Source of the DNA: the human T2T-CHM13v2.0 reference genome, Homo sapiens
Length of the DNA stretch: 64,000 nucleotides
Direction: 5' to 3' (one strand)
NCBI RefSeq assembly: GCF_009914755.1
Contig: NC_060937.1
In this document: one piece after another, positions 42,120-57,089 of the stretch
Layout: every line of letters starts with the position of its first letter
Position numbering within the stretch: position 1 is the stretch's first letter
Program-made: the position numbers and the translations under genes
Notes under the pieces: generated by a model
Database searches by the model: none
The model's input: the letters and a program-made list of their open reading frames with translations, nothing else
Told to the model about the DNA's origin: nothing

Positions 42120-42879
42120 AGAGGTAACTTTACCAAATATTTGACTAGGGGACTAAGAAAAATCCCTCATTTTCCAAGGATTTTATTTACCTGCTTTCTA
42201 ATCTAACTGCTTTAGTACCTCATAAAATAATAAAATAATTAATATAAGTTTGCTACTTCTTATGCTTCACAGATCATAAGTGATTAAAGAATATTATTAC
42301 ATTTGTACGTTTGTTCTGAGTAGATGTCCGCTTTTGTCATTTAAGCATAATGAGCAAACAATAGAATTTAATGGTGCTAAGCATCTTTCAGAATAATCTA
42401 AGCAGTTGGCATGATAATAAAAATAATATATTGATATTGGTTGAACATTATTATTTATGATTTATTAAGATCACACATTTAGATGGTATACCCACCTTCT
42501 TACTATCTCTTTTCCAGTATGTTAAAATAGAAATATTCAGCAGAAAGATAATAAACAGATATAAAATTGGTCACTACAGAAGTTCAAAGACCTATATAGC
42601 AAATTATCTTGATGATCTCAACGTTACATACCTGCCTGTATTATATGCCATATGAGCTTTTTGAAAATATACATAAACACCTTTATAGAAAATAAATTAT
42701 GTAAATTTCATTTCAGTAGTTTCAATGTAAAAGGTAAGGAAGTATAATATATCTAAGAACTGCTCATAAAATGAATTCATGGAAATTAAAGGGAAAAAGA
42801 AGCTTTCATTTCTCATGCAACAAATTTAAGTGGAATGTAAGGAAAATTTTAATGAGACAGAGGAGATTCCTGCTTTCAT

Positions 42880-43290
42880 AATATTTATTATTTTCATAGG
42901 AAAGGCACATAATAACCTATTAAAATAAAAACGACGATATTAGATACTGATAACTGATAAGAGAAAAATGCAACAGTCTTATATGTGAATAAAAGGAGCA
43001 AAAAGGGAGTTACCTCCAATTGGCAGGTCAGAGACAACCTCTCTAAGGCAACACTGGAGTGGAGAGTGAAAGAAAGGCTGAGTCCATCATGAGAAGATTC
43101 CAAGCAATAGAAAGAGCAGAGGCCCTCAGGCGGGAAGGAGAGTTGACTTCTAAAGAAAACAGAAAGAAAGCCAATGTGGTTTAACAAAAATAAATAAGGG
43201 GAAAATGATATAAAATTAAATTGGAAAGGGATAAGATCATGTAAAGTCTTGTAGGCCATGTTAGAGAGTTTCCATTTTGTTCTAATATTT
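42880..43290 (-). mobile_element. L2 remnant
   Basis: aagaaagccaatgtgg...agatcatgtaaagtcttgtaggccatgttagagagttt. Confidence 0.65.
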
Positions 43291-44509
43291 TATTAAGATA
43301 TAATATCTTCCTTTAGCTAAGAATAATGTCTCAATGGCCTTTGACCACCAAAGACTATTTCTGCATAATATAAAAAAGCATATCCTGAAAAGTGCAGACA
43401 CCTTTATTTAAACTTTTTATTCATTATATCTTATGAAAAATATTTATGTAATTTCATTTTATTGGATTTTTTGACATTCCATAGAGTAGAATACTGCCTA
43501 AAATTTTAATTGTACCTATATCTTATAATATTTACTTTAGGAAACAGATGGGGATGTTTTTATAGAAGGTTAATGTTATTGAACAAACCATTGTGCTTGC
43601 TAAATTAACTGTGTCATACTCATAACTTCTTAGGTGAATCATGTTCGAGAACCAAATGGAATGTGTCAGGTTGAGATGCAGAGATTTTCATTTTCCTCTG
43701 AGATGTGACCTCCAGTATCATTGGTAGAAAGAAAGAAAGGAATTGCATCTGCCTCTGCCAATCAGTGTGAACATAGCTTAATTTGTTGATCTAGACTCTT
43801 TCTGCTCAGTTGCTGAACCTTTAAAAACATAAGCTCTAGAGAGTTAGATTTCCAGTGCATAAAATACTTGATGCACTATTGCTTTTCATACTATATGGGA
43901 ATAAAATAAAACAGCCAACCCTTTATATGTCTGCCATTCTTTACCAACTCTCATTGAGCTATTACACACCCAGACAACCCCTTGTCTACTTTGATGATTT
44001 CCTTGGCACAGCAAACCGGGAATTAAACATGTTTTTTGTACCAAAGATGTTGATTACAACAAAAATATGCCTTTTTTGTCATAAAATAATAGATACTTGC
44101 AAAAATAACACTTTATATTTTTGTTATGTAATATAAATGAAACATAAGGATTTCAAGAAATGAACAAAGACATAGATATTTTTCACCTTTTGTGAAGTAT
44201 AAATTAAAGCACTTTCTAATACATTATTTGTTTATTTAAATATGTATAAGCATGCAACACCACAGTTTACTACCTCAGTTAGAGCAAATTTAGCATATTT
44301 GATGTGTTACTTAGGATTAAGAACTCCAAATTGCCAATAGTCATGTATTTTCCTTTTTTCTAGTTAGTTTTGCTACAAAAATAATTTTTAAATTCTTAAG
44401 TAATTATATCATATATATTTTAATGCGGAAATTCTACATCACAATTTACAGAGTAATTAAATGTTTACTTGGGTAATAATTTTACTTCATTGTTTAAAGA
44501 TATTTAGAT

Positions 44510-44905
44510 TAGAATGCAATAAGCTATGCTATGGTTAAAAAAAAAAATAGAAAAATGAAAGGGTAGCTCAGTCCTAAAACAGGAATGCTTCATTTCTCTC
44601 CCCCAGCAGACAACTGTGGCAGGCTTGGGTGGGGCGCTCTTCTCTACACCAACCACACTCAGGGACCCAAGCTGTGAGAGGCTCCCTCTTCCTTCATGAA
44701 TCCACGATTGCCAGGAAAGGAGAAAGTGATCACGAGGTTGACCTTGACTCCTAAAGCTTCTGCCTGAAAGTGGCACCTACCATTTCTGCTCTCATTGTTT
44801 GGCCAAAGCAAGTCACTTGGTCACATCTAATTTCAAAAGAGTATGACCTTGCAATGTTACCCTCTGTCCCGAGGAAGAAGCCGAAGTCTGTGGGGAGCAG
44901 TGCGG
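44510..44905 (-). mobile_element. MLT1K/L-like MaLR LTR
   Basis: actcagggacccaagctg; taaagcttctgcctgaaagtggcac...ttggccaaagcaagtcacttggtcacatctaatttcaa. Confidence 0.65.
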
Positions 44906-45182
44906 GAGACCACCCCAGCTCCTGCTTCTTCCTTGCTGAATCCCACTATTATATACAAAATTCTTCTTGTCCAAAAGCTTATCTTCTATTTTCAACCTAT
45001 GCTTCCAGTATCTTCTCCATGATGCCTCCTACATCCTGTGTTCATCCATGTCAAAATTCCCATTGTTTTCTGAACACACCACAGCATTTTATGTCATCAT
45101 GATGTTTTACCTGTGGTACTGATTTTTTTAATGTCTGGTATTTCCTTTTCTTCCTCTTCTTTTATTTGTCTCAGAATCATTC

Positions 45183-45352
45183 TTTATTTACATTTTTAAT
45201 GTTTATGGATACATATTTGGTGTATAAATGTATATTTATGGCATGCATGACACATTTTGATACAAGCATACAATATGTAATAATCACATCAAAGGGAAAT
45301 GGGGTATCCATCCTCAAGCATTTATCATTTCCTTGTGTGACAAACAATCCAC
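45183..45352 (-). mobile_element. L1MA3-like 3' end fragment
   Basis: ttttgatacaagcatacaatatgtaataatcacatca...aatggggtatccatc. Confidence 0.8.
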
Positions 45353-45665
45353 CAGTCTTTAAAACATATGTCAAGTGTCAACTTTTCTGAGAATCTTTCT
45401 TCACTCCCTCTAACAGACTTGGTCACTTTAGTCTGAGAGGCCATGGTGCTTTTAAAATACCTCATTATTGTAAGTTTTTTCATCTAATTTTAGTTTCCTA
45501 AAGTCAATTTAATTATTACAAATATTTATTATGACTATTCTGTGCCAAGAATATTCTTCACACTTTAGACATAACTGTGACTGGAACACATAAAACTCCC
45601 TGAGCCCCTAGATTTCATGTTAGAGTGTGAAAACAATAGATATAGTAAATAAGTGTTTTATATAT

Positions 45666-45790
45666 GGGGTGAGCATACTACTTATTTTTTGGGACACATT
45701 TGGAGAGTGAAAGTTTGTCCTACTTATAATTATGTTAGGACAAGAGTTACAATCCGTTGTCTTTAAACTGAAATATTCAGTGATTCTAAT
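45666..45790 (+). mobile_element. MER81-like DNA transposon remnant within a minus-strand L2 (~45510-46050)
   Basis: gggtgagcata...gggacacatttggagagtgaaag...ataattatgttaggacaa. Confidence 0.55.
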
Positions 45791-46051
45791 GCTATGAAAA
45801 TGAAAAAAGTAGAACCAGGCAAGAGTGATCCAAAGTAACTGTTGCTTGAGGGGTACCTTGCAATTTTAATAGCATGACCTCTGAAAAGGCAACATTTAAG
45901 GAAAGACTAGAAGAAGGGAAGGGAAGGAGCCCTGGAGATATCTGAGAAAAAATATTTCATTAGTGAGACCAGCAAGGGCAAAGGTTCCAAGTTCAAACTT
46001 GTGGCTGCAGTAGGCAGTGGGGAGAAGGCACGGAAAAAGTGGGATAAGTGG

Positions 46052-46261
46052 TGATATGGTTAGGCTGTGTCCCCACCCAAATCTCATCTTCAATTGTAAT
46101 AATCTCCACGTGTCAAGGCTGTCAAGAGTGGAGCCAGGTGGAGATGACTGAATCATAGAGGTGATTTTCCCTATACTGTTCTTGTGATAGTGAGAAAGTC
46201 TCACTAGATCTGATGGTTTTATAAATGGGAGTTCCTCTGCACAAACTCTTGCCTGCCACCA
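46052..46261 (+). mobile_element. THE1 LTR, 5' half only
   Basis: tgatatggttaggctgtgtccccacccaaatctcatctt...agatctgatggttttataa. Stops abruptly at gcctgccacca. Confidence 0.88.
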
Positions 46262-46301
46262 ATATGGTATTTTTTTTTATACATTGGATAAAAATAAACA
46301 A

Positions 46302-46423
46302 TTTTTTAGAGACAGGATCTTGCTATGTTGCCCAGGCTGCCATGAAACACCCAGGCTGAAGCAATTCTTCTGCCTCAGATGCCTATGTAGCTGATACTAT
46401 AGGTGCATGCCACTGTGCCTGGC
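46302..46423 (-). mobile_element. FLAM (free left Alu monomer)
   Basis: Single Alu monomer flanked by TSD aaaataaacaattttt / aaaataaaccattttt. Confidence 0.85.
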
Positions 46424-46582
46424 AAAATAAACCATTTTTGATAATAAGTTAACTGAAATCGATTTGAAGCAAATTCTTACCAGATTTTAAACGGGCATCA
46501 TTGAACTTTTAAAATAATTATTCTGTTAATGTAGCCAACTGTTAAGTAGAAATCATGTCACTTATATGTGGGTATAAGAAAA

Positions 46583-46966
46583 TTTATGAGTGGAATTATT
46601 CCCCCCAAATATATTAATATCTTGAAGCCTTCACTCCCAGGTCCTCAGCATGTAACTGTATTTGGAGATGGGGCCTTTATGATTAAGTCAAAATCACCTG
46701 ACACGGTGGGGAGGTGCTTAATTCAACATAACTGGCATCCTTATAAAAAGAATAAATTTGGATGCACAAGGAGACACCAGGGATGGGTGTTCACAGAGGG
46801 AAGGGCCTGTAAGGACACAGCGAAAAAGCTGCCGTCTGCAAGCCAAGGAGAGAGGCCCCAGAAGGAACCAAGTCTGTTGACATCTTGGTTTGAACTTCCA
46901 AGCACCAGAACCGGAAGGAAATAAAATTCTGTTGTTGAATCCACTCAGTCTGTGTGTGTGTGTGCA

Positions 46967-47008
<42 letters not shown>

Positions 47009-47057
47009 CGCGCATGCGTGCACTTTTTTTTTATGACAACCTTAGAAAATTAATATG
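46583..47057 (+). mobile_element. MLT1B-like MaLR LTR with an internal microsatellite
   Basis: tgtaactgtatttggagatggggccttt; ctgcaagccaaggagagaggccccagaagg; ends cttagaaaattaata. Confidence 0.85.
46951..47023. repeat. (TG)n-(CG)6 alternating purine-pyrimidine tract
   Basis: 73 bp of uninterrupted Y/R alternation, with (CG)6 at 47001-47012. Confidence 0.97.
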
Positions 47058-48134
47058 ATTTGGGTTTGAATTTGAACAAAATTAAGTCAGAACAACAGTC
47101 ATTTGATCTTAATAACCAGGCACTCTCAGAGTGATGGATATGCACGTCTCTGCTTCATGTGCCAAATTGTTTTCTTCAGGCATGGTTCTCCTAAACTAAA
47201 AGTGACCCTTTGAATTAGATGCTAATTCTTCTGCGAATTCATGGTTTTTGGTTTTCATGTGGTTAGTGACATCAAGATGGCACTCATGGGGAATGATAAA
47301 TGAATGATCAATAATTTCATAAAAATTATAGTTCATCATTAACTTTCTCAAGTAACACAACTTAAATAAGTAAAATTCCCTGAAACACGCTTTTTTTAAA
47401 TTTGTGTTCATTTTTGCTTAAAAGATTTATTGAAATAATTTACAAAGTGTTACCCACAATGAAATATACTTTGAAAGTTGTGGATTTATACTGTTAGTAC
47501 AGAGCTTTCAGACCAGTGTCCATCCAGACTCTTTAGTTCATGATACCTAACCTGTAATTTCCCATTGTTTTCCTCACTGACACCATTTACAGAGGCCCAG
47601 TGACTTCATGCATCTCCCAGGTTATTGAACTGGCTGGTACTAATAGTGACCAGCAAGGAGCAGCAGCATTACATAAATTTCTCAAAATCGCCCGAGATCA
47701 AAGGAAGTATCTATCTTAGCACTCTGCATTCTGCCCTTGAAAAGGTGTTAGCTAAAATAATAATGATACTAATTAAGATGTTAGTTATGTTATAGCTGGA
47801 CAGGGTTGAGAAAAGAGAATGGGTCAAGAATGTTTGGTGTGCTTCTTTCTGATTTAAACTGCATCTAAAATTGAGAACACGTTCATGACATGTTCATCTC
47901 ACACACTACTACGTGAAATGATGGCAGAGCTAGACACAAAGTAGTGAACTAATAAACCCCACCTACATTGTGCAGATGCTTCTGTTCACCTCAATTTTTA
48001 AAATTATAAATAAAAATCCAGCTCACAATGTTAAGTAGCACGACACTGGATAATTCTGAGAGTAAAATGATGAGTCAGAACTAAAATTTTGATTCAGAAA
48101 TGTGGAGGCCATTGGCAACCTTAGTTAAGATCAG

Positions 48135-48478
48135 TTTCTTTTTTAATTATTTAATTGACTCATCATAATTGTACATATTTATAAGGTACATGTGTCATTT
48201 TGATACATGTATATGTTGTGTAATGATCAAATCAGGGCAATTGGTATACGTATCACCTCAAGCATTTATTATTTCTTTGTGTTAGGAACATCCAAAATGC
48301 TCTCATCTATCTATTAGAAAATACGCTGTAAATTATTGTTAACTATAGTCACCCTACTTTTTTATAGAACACTAGAACTTATTCTTCCTATCTAACTACA
48401 ATTGTATACCTGTTAACCAACTTCTCTCTATCCCCTCCTTCCCTCTAGCCTTCCCAGCCACGGATGACCACTAATCTA
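48135..48478 (-). mobile_element. L1MA4/5-like 3' end within an L2 remnant
   Basis: gtgtaatgatcaaatcagggcaattgg...ttgttaactatagtcaccctac...gaacactagaacttattc. Confidence 0.85.
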
Positions 48479-48934
48479 TGTGAATTTCAGTAAAAATATT
48501 TATATGTCAAACGACAATGATCACATTTTGCTCAATTATCGAGCGATTTGTGTAATTGTCAAGCTCCTTCCTGGATTGGTATGGTCAAATATACCAAATA
48601 TGGATTTTTTCAGGTCCAACAGACAAGGGTTCAAATTATGGTTATTTCACTTACAACCCACATGTCCTTGGGCAACCTAGGACAATGCATAGCACTTAGA
48701 AAAAACTCAATCAATTACTGTAATTTGAATTATTACTAAAAGTGCGTAAGTTAGATAGCAGATCATAATCATTTCCTTATTTATTACAGTGCAAATATAA
48801 TGTTTTGCTCGATCCTGCATCAAATAAGCATTTGTTAAATGTAATGGGATTTGTCATTGTGTCTTTATGGATCTAAGTATATCAAAATTTGTTAGGGAAC
48901 TTGTTTCTTGTAGTGAATGTGAAAGAATCTATCA

Positions 48935-49257
<323 letters not shown>

Positions 49258-52200
49258 CTATCGATCTATTAGCTATCTATCCAGCTACACATCAATCTAT
49301 CTATATTGGTTTAGGACAAAGCAAATTTTCGTGAAGTATAAAAATGGCTGTCTTTGAAATAGCAGTAATGTGAAGGTAAATCATAAACTTTATAAATTAA
49401 ATGTATTTCTTCTCACCCTAAGGATCTCATATAATGAGAATATCATTAAAAGTTGATGACAAGAAAAGAGCATAGATAAGAGTTCATTATTTCTCAAAAG
49501 GATGTTTTTTCATACTGACATTTTGTTAGGAAATTGATCTTTAGCAACTCAATCCATGTAGTTAAGTGTAAATTTCCTCATGCATTGAAATGAGAGAAAA
49601 AAGAGCTAGTAATTACAGTGATATAATTTACAGCATGAGCATTAGGCCAGTTTACTTTTGAGTCAGATGAACTATTTTGGTTATTGGCCAGTGTAGTTTA
49701 GATGGTCAGCAACCTCAGAAATAGAGTAAGACCGCTGAGGTCTTGGTCCTTTGCTATGTTAATGATGTTGGCCAATTCTCTTTTTCTTAGAGGACTGACC
49801 AACTTAATTCTTTAGGAGCTACAAGGTATTTCAGCCTTGGTAAGAGGAGTCAAAGGAAAGAATGAAATAAAGGCATATTCTTTTATCTTAGAAATTACTG
49901 ACAAGAAAGGAAACTCACACAGCACTAGTTACTCATCAGATGACACTACAAAAATAGTTTTGATGAGAATATTGTTGAGTAACAAATTGATGATTGAATA
50001 AGAAAAGTTACAATAAAGAAAGAATACTACTAACAAAATATCAATATAATGAATAGAATACTCTGACAATAATATTTAATAAAAAACCTTGAATTAGATG
50101 TAATAAAAGTTAAATATTTTACCAAATGTCCCATTAATCAAATGCACACTGAGTTTGTCTATTCCTGTCACAAATTTTGAAAGTTAAACGTATTTTCAAC
50201 TTTTCTTTCACAATAATATTTGTATGGGATTGCTTTTGCTTTTGTAAAATCTCAATGCAAAAACATTGATTTTGTACTTAGCTTTTTTTTCTCTTGATAG
50301 CTTTTCCTTTGTTAGACCTTAAGTCTACAATTTGCAAAATCAATAAAAACACAGCTTTTCCTAAGAAAGAAAAGTCCTCCAGAGGTTTACACGAAAGTGT
50401 CCAGGACAAGATTTCTGTGAACTTGAACTATTTGTAAAGTACCAGTGGTGACTTTTCAGAGTGTCACATCAAAATTGGTTTTGTGTCTCCAAGGAAGGTT
50501 CAGTGTGTAATGTCAGTAACAGCTGGGGTAAAGGCAACAATTATATGTCAGCTCTGCTTTCTTTTCAAAGAGAACATTTTCCCAGGCTGACACATTGCTG
50601 GGGAGAAAAAGGACACATACAAAAGTTTGTTTTCATTTTCAATTATTTTTGGATATATGGAGACTGTGACAAGCCAATAATAGTAAACAAAAATGACAAG
50701 AATCGACACTGGTGACCATAATACGTGGAAGCTGCTATGGTTAGTACACATTTGGTTTGACCACTTTCCATTTTATGAGTTTAAAGAGGAGGAAGGAAAG
50801 AAATCCAGAATGCCATACCCATTTAAAAAGATTTTTCTAGCTATAAAAATACGTACTACCCCATGCTTTCAAAATTTCCACCTTTTGAGAAATATAGAAA
50901 TAATTGCTCAGCATGAAATTATTGCAAAACATTTCAAGATTGACAAAACCAAGTATCCTCACCCTTTATTAAACAGAAGACTGTGCCATTGTCCACATAT
51001 TAGAGGACCTTATTTGTGTTCTTTGAGAGCTAGCCATAAAAAGATTATTGTAAAAGGAAAATGGGAAAACTGAGCTATGACTAATTGATGTTTAATCTAT
51101 ATTTTATAAAATGGAAAAAAAATAAAAGCTGTTTTATTGAAAACAGTTGTGTGGGCTTGCTGGCAGAAGGAACTGCTATGTTATGTTATGAAATAATCAG
51201 AGGAAAAATTCTCTAATGCTCTTTTCATAACACTTAAAGGAGGTATTCTAATATCACAGAAACCTTGGGGGAAGGTTGCAGACAAAAAGCAACATAATTA
51301 AGTTTCAGTTAAAGGTCTGCCAGAAAGGGATTAAATCAATAGTACTGTTTTTCTTGGTAGACCCCATGGTGGGGGCTGAACCAACACAGTAAACACCAAT
51401 CATGGGCTGTTGTCTTGGTGGAGGTTGTGCTTAATCAGGATTTTCAACTATTTGTTTTCAAAATTTACTAGAGTTTTTTAAACGTATGCATAAAATGCTC
51501 TGGTTTTACTAATGGAAATTCAATGACATTTTAGCTGAACCCCAGTTATTTCTCATGTTTGTTTCCTTGCCTATCAGAAAAAAAAATAAGTTTTATTTAA
51601 ATTTGAATTATCCTTGGTTTTTGATTTAGCTCAGGTTGTTATGTCCACTGGGTCAAATCCAGATTTGTTCGTCGATGTTTAACATTTTCCATTTTAGCAG
51701 TTTACCCCAAGCATTAATTCAGTCTTTCTAAATAGTTTAGGGAGGAATAGGTGGGCATTAGACTCAAGGAGGTGCCCAGCAGGAGGCCTGCAAAAGTATG
51801 GGCCAAAGAAATTGTTCAGTAAGGTTATTTGTTAGCAGATCGTTAGGACAAAAACCTACAGATATTTCTTCTCCTTCTATACATTCGAAAACAAAAACAA
51901 AAACAAAAAAAACAAAAACCACACAACCACAAAAACTGGGAAAAGAAAAGAGGCCAAGTTTCCTGACAATTCTGAATGTAGGGAACAGCACCAGTGTTTG
52001 GATGGGGCCTGAGCAATGGTGCAGACACCCTTAAGTGGTGAGGGTACTTTGGATGAGTGGAAGAGGAAGGACTAACAGGGCACGATCAAAAAAATGCTAA
52101 TGTTTATTCTAATAGAGAGTTCAAAAATAAAACTAGTTGGAAAGTTTTTCTTTGCTTGTCTAATGCTGTGCCCCTCTAACAATTCCGCAATTTCAGCTGC

Positions 52201-53509
52201 AGACAGAAATTCACGGAAATTTTGAACCAGACATTTTTCCTGAGTACATTTACAAAACATCCCTTGAAGTGGCCACATTTAAAGATACTCGTGCAAAAGG
52301 AGAGAAAATTAAATATCACTACACATTGCAAATATTGCTAATGAAGTGCATGTGCTTTCAAAATTTAACTTATAGCGTTTTAGCTATCAAGTTCTAGAAC
52401 ACTTGCAAAAATGTATTAGCTATGAGCTGAGAAGAAGTTTGGACAGAAAGGTAGGAAATTAAATCAAAGAGGGATATATTAACATAAGCAGACTGGAGTG
52501 ACCAGGAACCAGAAGATGAAAATAGAAGATAAATGGCCTGTTCCTAAATCCTTCATCTCATTTAGCTACTGATTGTACCAATAAGCTAGAATGATGAGAT
52601 TGATATTTACTATAAGAAACATAAAGTAGCAATATAAGTATAATATGCATTTTAAAAATTCATGTGTGTTATATGCATATCTTAGTAGTTTATATGCTTA
52701 TCTTAGTAGTTTGTATGTGATGTATTTCTACATATGTACATTTAAATGTATTTTTAGTTTAAGGTTTTGCTCTTCTCCATGAATTATTTTCTTTCATTTA
52801 AACAAATCCACATTAAATAACTTGTCCAGATTTTTGTACAGAATGTCTCCTGAACCATATCTGTAATCACAGTCTGCAGGCCAAAAGTCCATAACCCATG
52901 TGAACCTTGCTCATTAGAAAGTGTTGCCCACAGTTACTGCTCTTGACCCTAGCACTGAAGTTTTGTCTCCAACTGTCTGCAGACACAGTTCTTTGAGTTT
53001 CTGCATGACATCTGCAGTCCGCACTGATCGCGGGAGCCTACCCGACTCCTTTGCTCTAAGCTCTGTGAATGTGCCAGGAATAACCTCCAAGGAGTGATTC
53101 CCTTTACTCTACATAAATTAGACAAAATATAGAGGAATTGGAAAGGCGTTAGAAAATGTCATTAGCTCTAGCCTTTTTTTTTTCTTTTCCTTTTTGGAAT
53201 AGAAAACAAATGGTGTGAATGCATACTGTCCAAAAAAAAAGGTGGGGGGCGGGGGCGGAGAAATTAAGGCCACTGACCTAATACCCTAAGATGTGGCAAC
53301 ACAGCTTATTTGGGATATGACAGGGAAGAAGATGAAAATAAGTTAGTTTAAGTGTCATGAAACAGTAAAATCTCAGACACATTTGTAATATTAAAATTAC
53401 CATATAAATGAAGGCCTACATTTGTATCTCATTACTTCCCTCTATAGATTTCCAATGAATTTATGCTAGTATTTAAATTTCACATTTTCATTGAAGCTGA
53501 TAATAATTA

Positions 53510-53740
53510 TCAAAATAATAAACTAAAGTGTTTTAGGCATTGGCTACGCGTCAAGCATCATCCTGAGTGTTTTATAGTTGTTTTCTCTTTTATCTGTACA
53601 ACAACCCTATGAGTTAAGAAGTTTTTCTTCATTTTGAAGATGAAGAAGCTGAGGCTTTGAGAGGTTAAGTCAGTTGCCAAAGTCAGAAACACATGACCAT
53701 CTGACTCCCAGGTGTGGGCTATTAAATGCTACATTATTTG
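53510..53740 (-). mobile_element. MIR remnant
   Basis: acaacaaccctatgag...cattttgaagatgaagaagctgaggctttgagaggttaagt. Confidence 0.75.
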
Positions 53741-54164
53741 GCTTATGTTTTCATATAATAATAATTTAAATAAGGCACACGAAGGTTTAAATAAGGGACA
53801 CAAAGCAAGTTTTAGAGTGTCACATCTGGTACTGTTGCATCCACCATGATAATGAGGAATACTAACAGTTTTCCTGTACAGCTTCTTATTAAAACTTGGT
53901 GAAAGTAGAGATATCCTAATTCTAGATTTGATTGAGCAACAGTGGAGTTACTTTTTATCTAGGTACATCAAACAACTTTGAAGTATCTATATGTATTATA
54001 AAGTGTTTTAGTATTCTTTTGTAATCAAATTACAATCAAATTACAATCTTTCAGATTCAGATATCTTTGGAATCAGATTCTTCCAATATTTATTGCATAT
54101 CTACTATGCACAGATATGCTGGCTTCTTAACTATTAAGAAAATATTCACAAAGACATATACCTT

Positions 54165-54925
54165 TGGAGAAACTCCTTAACTCATCAATAAACTATTCAA
54201 TAAGTAAATGGTCAGATTATTTAAAAATACACTCGGCCAAAAGATGCATAATGTCAGCTAAGCACTTGTGAAGATTCTCAACATCTGCAGTGAAATGAAA
54301 ATTAAAACTCAGATGTCGCTACAACCCCAAAATAGCTGCTTTATTTATTTATTTTCAAATGTAGTTGGGAATGTGAGCAACTGGAAAGCTCCTACAGTTG
54401 GTGGAAATTCAAAACGGCAGAGCCTCATTGGAAAACAGCTCAGCAGGCACTTGTCACCAAACTCAGCGTGGCCACTTCTTGTTATGTAATCAAGGGAAAT
54501 AGAAACATGCCTATGGGCTTGTAACCAGATGCTCAAGACAGCTTCCCTCGTGATGGCTTCAAACCGGAAACAACCTCCACTGCTATCAAGAATTCACAGA
54601 CAAAGCAATTGTGGTATATGTATAAATAGAATATTCAGCAATAAACAAATAAAGAAAAACCCTGACATGTAGATAAATAGTTAAAGAGAGAAAAAAGTCA
54701 TTGATGCATGCAACTACAATCTCAAAAACATTATGGAAAAAGACAGAAGCCAGGCACCATAAATTATATAATACTATATGGTTCATGTAAATGAAATTCT
54801 AGGACAGACACAGCTATAGTGATGGAAAACAGATCAGTGGTCACCTGGGCTAGGAATGGGGAGAGATGGTCCATGGCACAGGGAGAGGAGGAAATTTGAG
54901 GGTGATGAAAACATTCATTCCTTAG
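54165..54925 (+). mobile_element. Old L1ME/L1MC-type 3' fragment
   Basis: ttgtggtatatgtataaatagaatattcagcaataa; aaatgaaattctaggacagaca...gatcagtggtcacctggg. Confidence 0.65.
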
Positions 54926-56345
54926 CCACTGCATCCACCTGCTTTTGGCGCGAGGCCAGACTCAGGCTCTCTATTCATTCCTGCTAGAGACTGACATGTC
55001 ACAGACCCTAGCTCTGCATTTCATCCATTTTTCTCTCAGTCCCCTTTCTTGCTATTTACACATCACGTCTCCTATGCTTTTACTTGTTGGTTGAGATGAA
55101 CACGAGGGTCATAAAATGAGTGTATATCCATTGAATTAAGCAATAGACAAATTTTTAATGGAATGTTTTCAAGAAGGCAAATTGACAATTATCTGATGTG
55201 AAGCAGAAGATAGTTTATTATAATAATTGTATAAGGTTAATAAAATTAATAACGTCAATTGTTTTCTGTAACATTAACAATTAACATCTTTAATTTTGTT
55301 TGTAACAATAAGGCAGAAATTACAAAGTTTTTTTACCTTAAAGATTAACTGCTTTAAAATGATATACTATTAAGTGAATAGAATTTTTTAAAAAGTAACC
55401 TATGGTCTTACCATGGGAGGAGAGGGTAGAGGCTCCCATACAAACCCTTATATCAGGAGACACAGCGAAAGCAGAGTTTAATTGTGGATACACCAAGCAC
55501 ATCTTTATCTAAGTGATAGAGTTTCTATGTTATTTCCAGGTAGGAAGAAGAAGTCTAGCAGATAGAGACTGGGGGCCAAAATATTGGTATTTCTTCAAAG
55601 AAATGTGTTTGTTGGGAGTGAGGCATGTGACAAAAAAGAAAAAAAAATCCTTTGAAATTATAGTGGCTCTGAAAAATTTCACTAAAATGGTTTTCTCTTC
55701 CTTTGCAAGTTTTTGCAGTTACCTGTGGAGAGGTGCCTAAGCTACAGGGTACAGCCTGTTCCATGGCTGAATGATGGGCCTGCTTGAGTAGTTGGCCGCA
55801 ACGCAGGCAGAGCAGCTGATGAGTGGTAGAATTGGAGAGAGGGTTAAAAATATACATGTCAAGAAAAAGAGGATAGCTAGGGGCTTACTTAATTTGGGAT
55901 ACTTCAAGCTAAAAAGAGATGTAAATTTCTATCTCTTTATGTGTGTAAATATCTAATTCTTTATGTGCAGAAATTTGCAATATAAATGGTAGTTAGTCTC
56001 AGAGTGAATCAAATAAAAAACTACTACATATTGGTCAATGAAAGTAAATGTGCAATTGCTTACTCTAGAGTTTAATTAATGTATTCATGTTCATTCTCTC
56101 TTCTAGAACCATGGAGGGAACTATGCTATTCACTGTGATATTGAGAAGTTTAGCTTTAACTTTTTCCATATGCAAGTAAAATTTCTTACTAAGTTCGATA
56201 TTTTATTTTTTTGCAAATTTACTTGACAAAAGAAATCATGTATGAATGCTTTTGTGTTACTCACATGTGTCCAAACAAAATGAAGTTGTAAAATGTGCAG
56301 AATTTCAATTCAATGCTTGCATTGAAAATTTTATGAATTAATTAT

Positions 56346-56961
<616 letters not shown>

Positions 56962-57089
56962 GAAATAATCATCTTTATGCTTTTCTGTTTGAATTATTTA
57001 CAATGGTACAAAATCATAGGAATTATACACTATAGCTCTAATTTACTCAACTACTATAAAAAGACTGCAGATTATCTTACCATTGACAA

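Noticed and set aside
54943-54952. E2F-like motif TTTGGCGCG, and scattered TCF/LEF ATCAAAG motifs elsewhere
   Set aside because: Isolated short motifs are expected by chance in 64 kb and have no promoter context.
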